Assembly (NCBI RefSeq): GCF_036321535.1 | Contig: NC_087461.1 | Span: forward strand, 2,728,001-2,792,000 | DNA from: Camelus dromedarius | Lineage: Eukaryota | Direction of reading: 5' to 3' | DNA: 64,000 nucleotides | Shown here: positions 61,461 through 64,000 of the stretch, piece by piece | Position numbering within the stretch: position 1 is the stretch's first letter | How the letters are laid out: each line of letters starts with the position of its first letter | Translations under genes and position numbers: made by a program | The notes under the pieces: generated by a model | Database searches by the model: none | What the model was told of the DNA's origin: nothing | Seen by the model: only the letters and a program-made list of their open reading frames with translations

Positions 61461-62074
61461 AAAAAAAGGAATACCCATTTACAGACCTGCATAGGGGTCA
61501 TGATCATGAGCATCAGCTCTCTCCATGGGCTACTCGACCCCAAATTCAAATGATTGCTAGCAGCAGTCAATTCAATGAACACGATGGGAAAAAATCTTGG
61601 GTTCCCTTATCCAACCTGACTTAAATACCAAGTTCTTTTATTTGTTTCAAATATGGTATCAGTGGATGTAAAGAAAATTAGTAGACAGTGGTTCTAGAGT
61701 TTTAAAAATACATTAAAAATACTTTTATAAACATGAGTAATATCCTCAATCAGTTTCATGGTATTATTTTTCCTGCATCACAGGAAAGAGAAATAAATGT
61801 CTATTGACAATGCAGTAGGTTGAGATACAAGGACTAAGGCTCAAAGAGGTAAAAAGACTTTTTTCTTGGTTAAGAAATTTCCCAAAGTCAAATATATAGA
61901 ATATTAAAGAACTAACATTTGATCTTAGTTTCCAAAAACCAACAACTTCTGACTAAATAGCTGTGCTTCCCAGTACAGCTAAGAAGGATTGAGTCACTTC
62001 ATCAAAACTTGAGTATGACAGAGTCAGAAAGACCAAATCCAACCCCTGACTTTCAAAACGCATGATAATAAAAA

Positions 62075-62300
62075 CAGCTAGCATACTGAGCATTTAAAAT
62101 ATGTTAAATACTTTTCTGAAAGTTTTACATGTATTTTTTGAAGTAATACTCATAAAAATCATGTGAGGCAACTATTATCTTCATTTTACAGCTTGGGAAA
62201 CTGAGGTACAGAGTTTAGTTTGTCCGAGGTCACATGTTTAGTGAGCGGCAGGACCTGGATTCAAATGCACAGAAGCCACACCCCTAGCCAGCTGTTCCAA
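62075..62300 (-). mobile_element. MIR
   Basis: cattttacagcttgggaaactgaggtacagag...ccgaggtcaca...ggacctggattcaaa. Confidence 0.85.
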
Positions 62301-62421
62301 ACCAGCCTTGTCATAGTTCAAGAGTGAATGGAAATCAAACCAATGAGAAGAGAAATCCCCCAAGAGTCTATTCAGCGAAGAGCGAGCTTCCCACAGATAC
62401 ACGTGCAACTACCCACAGCAC

Positions 62422-62589
62422 CTTCGTGGTGTAGAATATGTCATCCCTCTTCACAGTGCCATCTGCCATCTTCTCCTGGATGGCCCTTCCAATCTCTTCT
62501 TCATTTTGGTACAAGTACGCTGAGTCAATATGGCGGTAGCCTGCATCAATTGCTCTCTTGACGGCCATTTCTACCTCGCCCTTAGCAAG
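62422..62589 (-). pseudogene. AKR1C-like exon 2 ([56 protein letters not shown])
   Basis: 168 nt; D50, Y55, K84 equivalents intact. Confidence 0.95.
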
Positions 62590-62722
62590 CTGGAAGAGCA
62601 TAAAAAGATAAAGTCCTGCTTGATTCAGGAACAGGTGACCAGTTCCATTAGAAGAGCTGTCCAGTAGAAGCCACTGTTTTCCTCGGGACTTGCAATGACA
62701 AAGCTTCACATTGGCTTATAAC

Positions 62723-62895
62723 CAGTGGTGAGTTTTTAACAACTGACTCTGAAAAAAAGGTGCCCTGATTTGTAGTATCTGCCAATTTCTATGGTGGAAA
62801 TACTCCTACCATGCCTAATTTCAAGCTACTGATGTTGGGGAAAGATGCTTATAGTTGAATCTTTGAGCCCATAAGCTGGTCCCAGCACACCACTA
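62723..62895. mobile_element. MER63-like hAT element
   Basis: Termini cagtggtg...caccact; internal gccctgatttgtag...aaatactcctaccatg...atttcaagcta. Confidence 0.7.
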
Positions 62896-63089
62896 GGCTT
62901 AACTCTCTATTTCTGGATTTACACTATCTACATGACCTATAGATTTATACAATTTCTAAATTAAGTCACTCTCCAAGAGATTCTTAGACTGGTTTCAACC
63001 CAGAACTCCAGTGCTAAACATTATCAATGCAATGAAGGTATAATTTCAGGTAGAATAAATTTGTGATTTACCGATGCAAACTCAGAGAA

Positions 63090-63280
63090 CACTTCAAACA
63101 GCATTTGACCGTTGGACAAGCAGCAGCAGAACCACTTGGTGGCTCGTCAGAAACGTGGATTTGTGAGCCTTATATCCCAGATCTACTGAATCAGAACCTC
63201 TGTGGGCAGAGCCCCCCAGTCTGCACTTTCAACAAGGTTCTCAGATGTATGTCTGCCTGTTAAAAGTTGAAAAGCACTGA
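63090..63280. mobile_element. MER5A-like element
   Basis: gcagcagcagaaccac...cccagatctactgaatcagaacctctg...tctgcactttcaacaag. Confidence 0.75.
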
Positions 63281-63431
63281 CACTGCACAAAATAACCTAC
63301 TCTGGAGAGAGGCGTGTTACAGATGAAGACAGTGAGGTCCACCTGGACTCCCCGAAGTCCCTCAGTGGCTGGTACTGACCAGGACCCAAGTCTGCTACCC
63401 ATCCCACCTCCAATAATGCCTCTATGGTTAC

Positions 63432-63518
63432 CTTAGACGGAGCAGAAGTGCCCAACCCCAGCATCGGCATGAAGTGTCCATCATTCATCTTTAAGGAAAA
63501 AAGCCTCATTTGACTCAT
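63432..63518 (-). pseudogene. AKR1C-like exon 1 (MSQMRLFSLKMNDGHFMPMLGLGTSAPSK)
   Basis: 87 nt, donor GTAACC. Confidence 0.9.
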
Positions 63519-63604
63519 TTTCTCTCACTGCTCTGGCTAAACAAATACTGATTTTCTTCTTCTCAAGGAGAAATCTGCGGAAGGAAGAAAATCGTACAAT
63601 TGTT

Positions 63605-64000
63605 ATTTTTTTTTAGCAGCTTTAATGAGACACAATTCACGCATCGTAAAATCACCCCCTTTAGAATATACGATTCCGTGGCTTTCAGTATATTCATAGA
63701 GCTGTTACCACTACCAACTTTAGAATGTTCTCATCACCCCCAAAGCAGCCCCACAATCATTGGAAACAAGCCCCCACCCTTCGTCCCCTCCCGCTCCTGG
63801 CAGCTGCGTCCTGTCTCTGTAGATTTGCACATTCTAGACGTTTGATGTAAATGCCTTCATACAAACGCAGCATTGTCTGCCTGCCCTCTCTCACTCAGCA
63901 TAATGTTTCCAAGGTTTGTCCACGTTCAAGTACGCATCCGTACTTCATTCCATCTTATGGCTAAATAATATCCTGTCATTTTGGGTGTGCCACACTTTAT
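63605..64000 (-). mobile_element. L1MB-like 3' end, antisense
   Basis: cagctttaatgagacacaattcac...gtggctttcagtatattcatagag...ctctctcactcagcataatgtttccaagg. Confidence 0.9.

Larger units (their letters stand above)
55090..63518 (-). pseudogene. AKR1C-family (hydroxysteroid dehydrogenase/PGF-synthase-like) 9-exon pseudogene; exact paralog not assigned
   Basis: Exons 63518-63432, 62589-62422, 60441-60325, 59604-59527, 58521-58399, 57943-57834, 56819-56642, 56054-55972, 55132-55090 have AKR1C sizes (87,168,117,78,123,110,166+12,83,43); AATAAA on minus at 54945-54950. Confidence 0.9.

Noticed and set aside
1-64000. CRISPR arrays, rRNA or prokaryote-type systems
   Set aside because: None seen; the sequence is mammalian with ordinary interspersed repeats

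Overview
Mammalian genomic DNA, most likely camelid (two tRNA-Ala-derived Vic-1-like SINEs, artiodactyl-type L1 3' ends, no Bov-A/B or PRE1 seen). It covers the region 5' of AKR1E2 and the edge of the AKR1C cluster (orthologous to human 10p15.1). The only intact protein-coding gene I can support is an intronless MCTS1 retrocopy (30991-31536, minus, 181 aa). It has its own CpG-island promoter and strongly GC-shifted third codon positions, and it is not in the HM13 host location of the known MCTS2 retrogene. Between about 36.2 and 43.9 kb lies an unrecognised degenerate array of at least four paralogous GC-rich units (plus one inverted partial copy). These look like decayed small minus-strand genes for Ser/Arg/Pro/Ala-rich proteins; three of them end at a poly(A)-signal hexamer inside an antisense L1 3' end. 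Both aldo-keto reductase genes are disabled. AKR1E2 (plus, 46431-52673) has lost exons 2-5 and carries splice, nonsense and frameshift lesions. A convergent 9-exon AKR1C-family gene (minus, 63518-55090) has a TAG right after catalytic His117, a lost exon-9 acceptor and a poly-G expansion. The rest is L1/L2/MIR/MER/LTR debris, microsatellites and an orphan CpG island at 7.2-8.1 kb. Repeat subfamily names and comparisons to human proteins are from memory; repeat boundaries are approximate.
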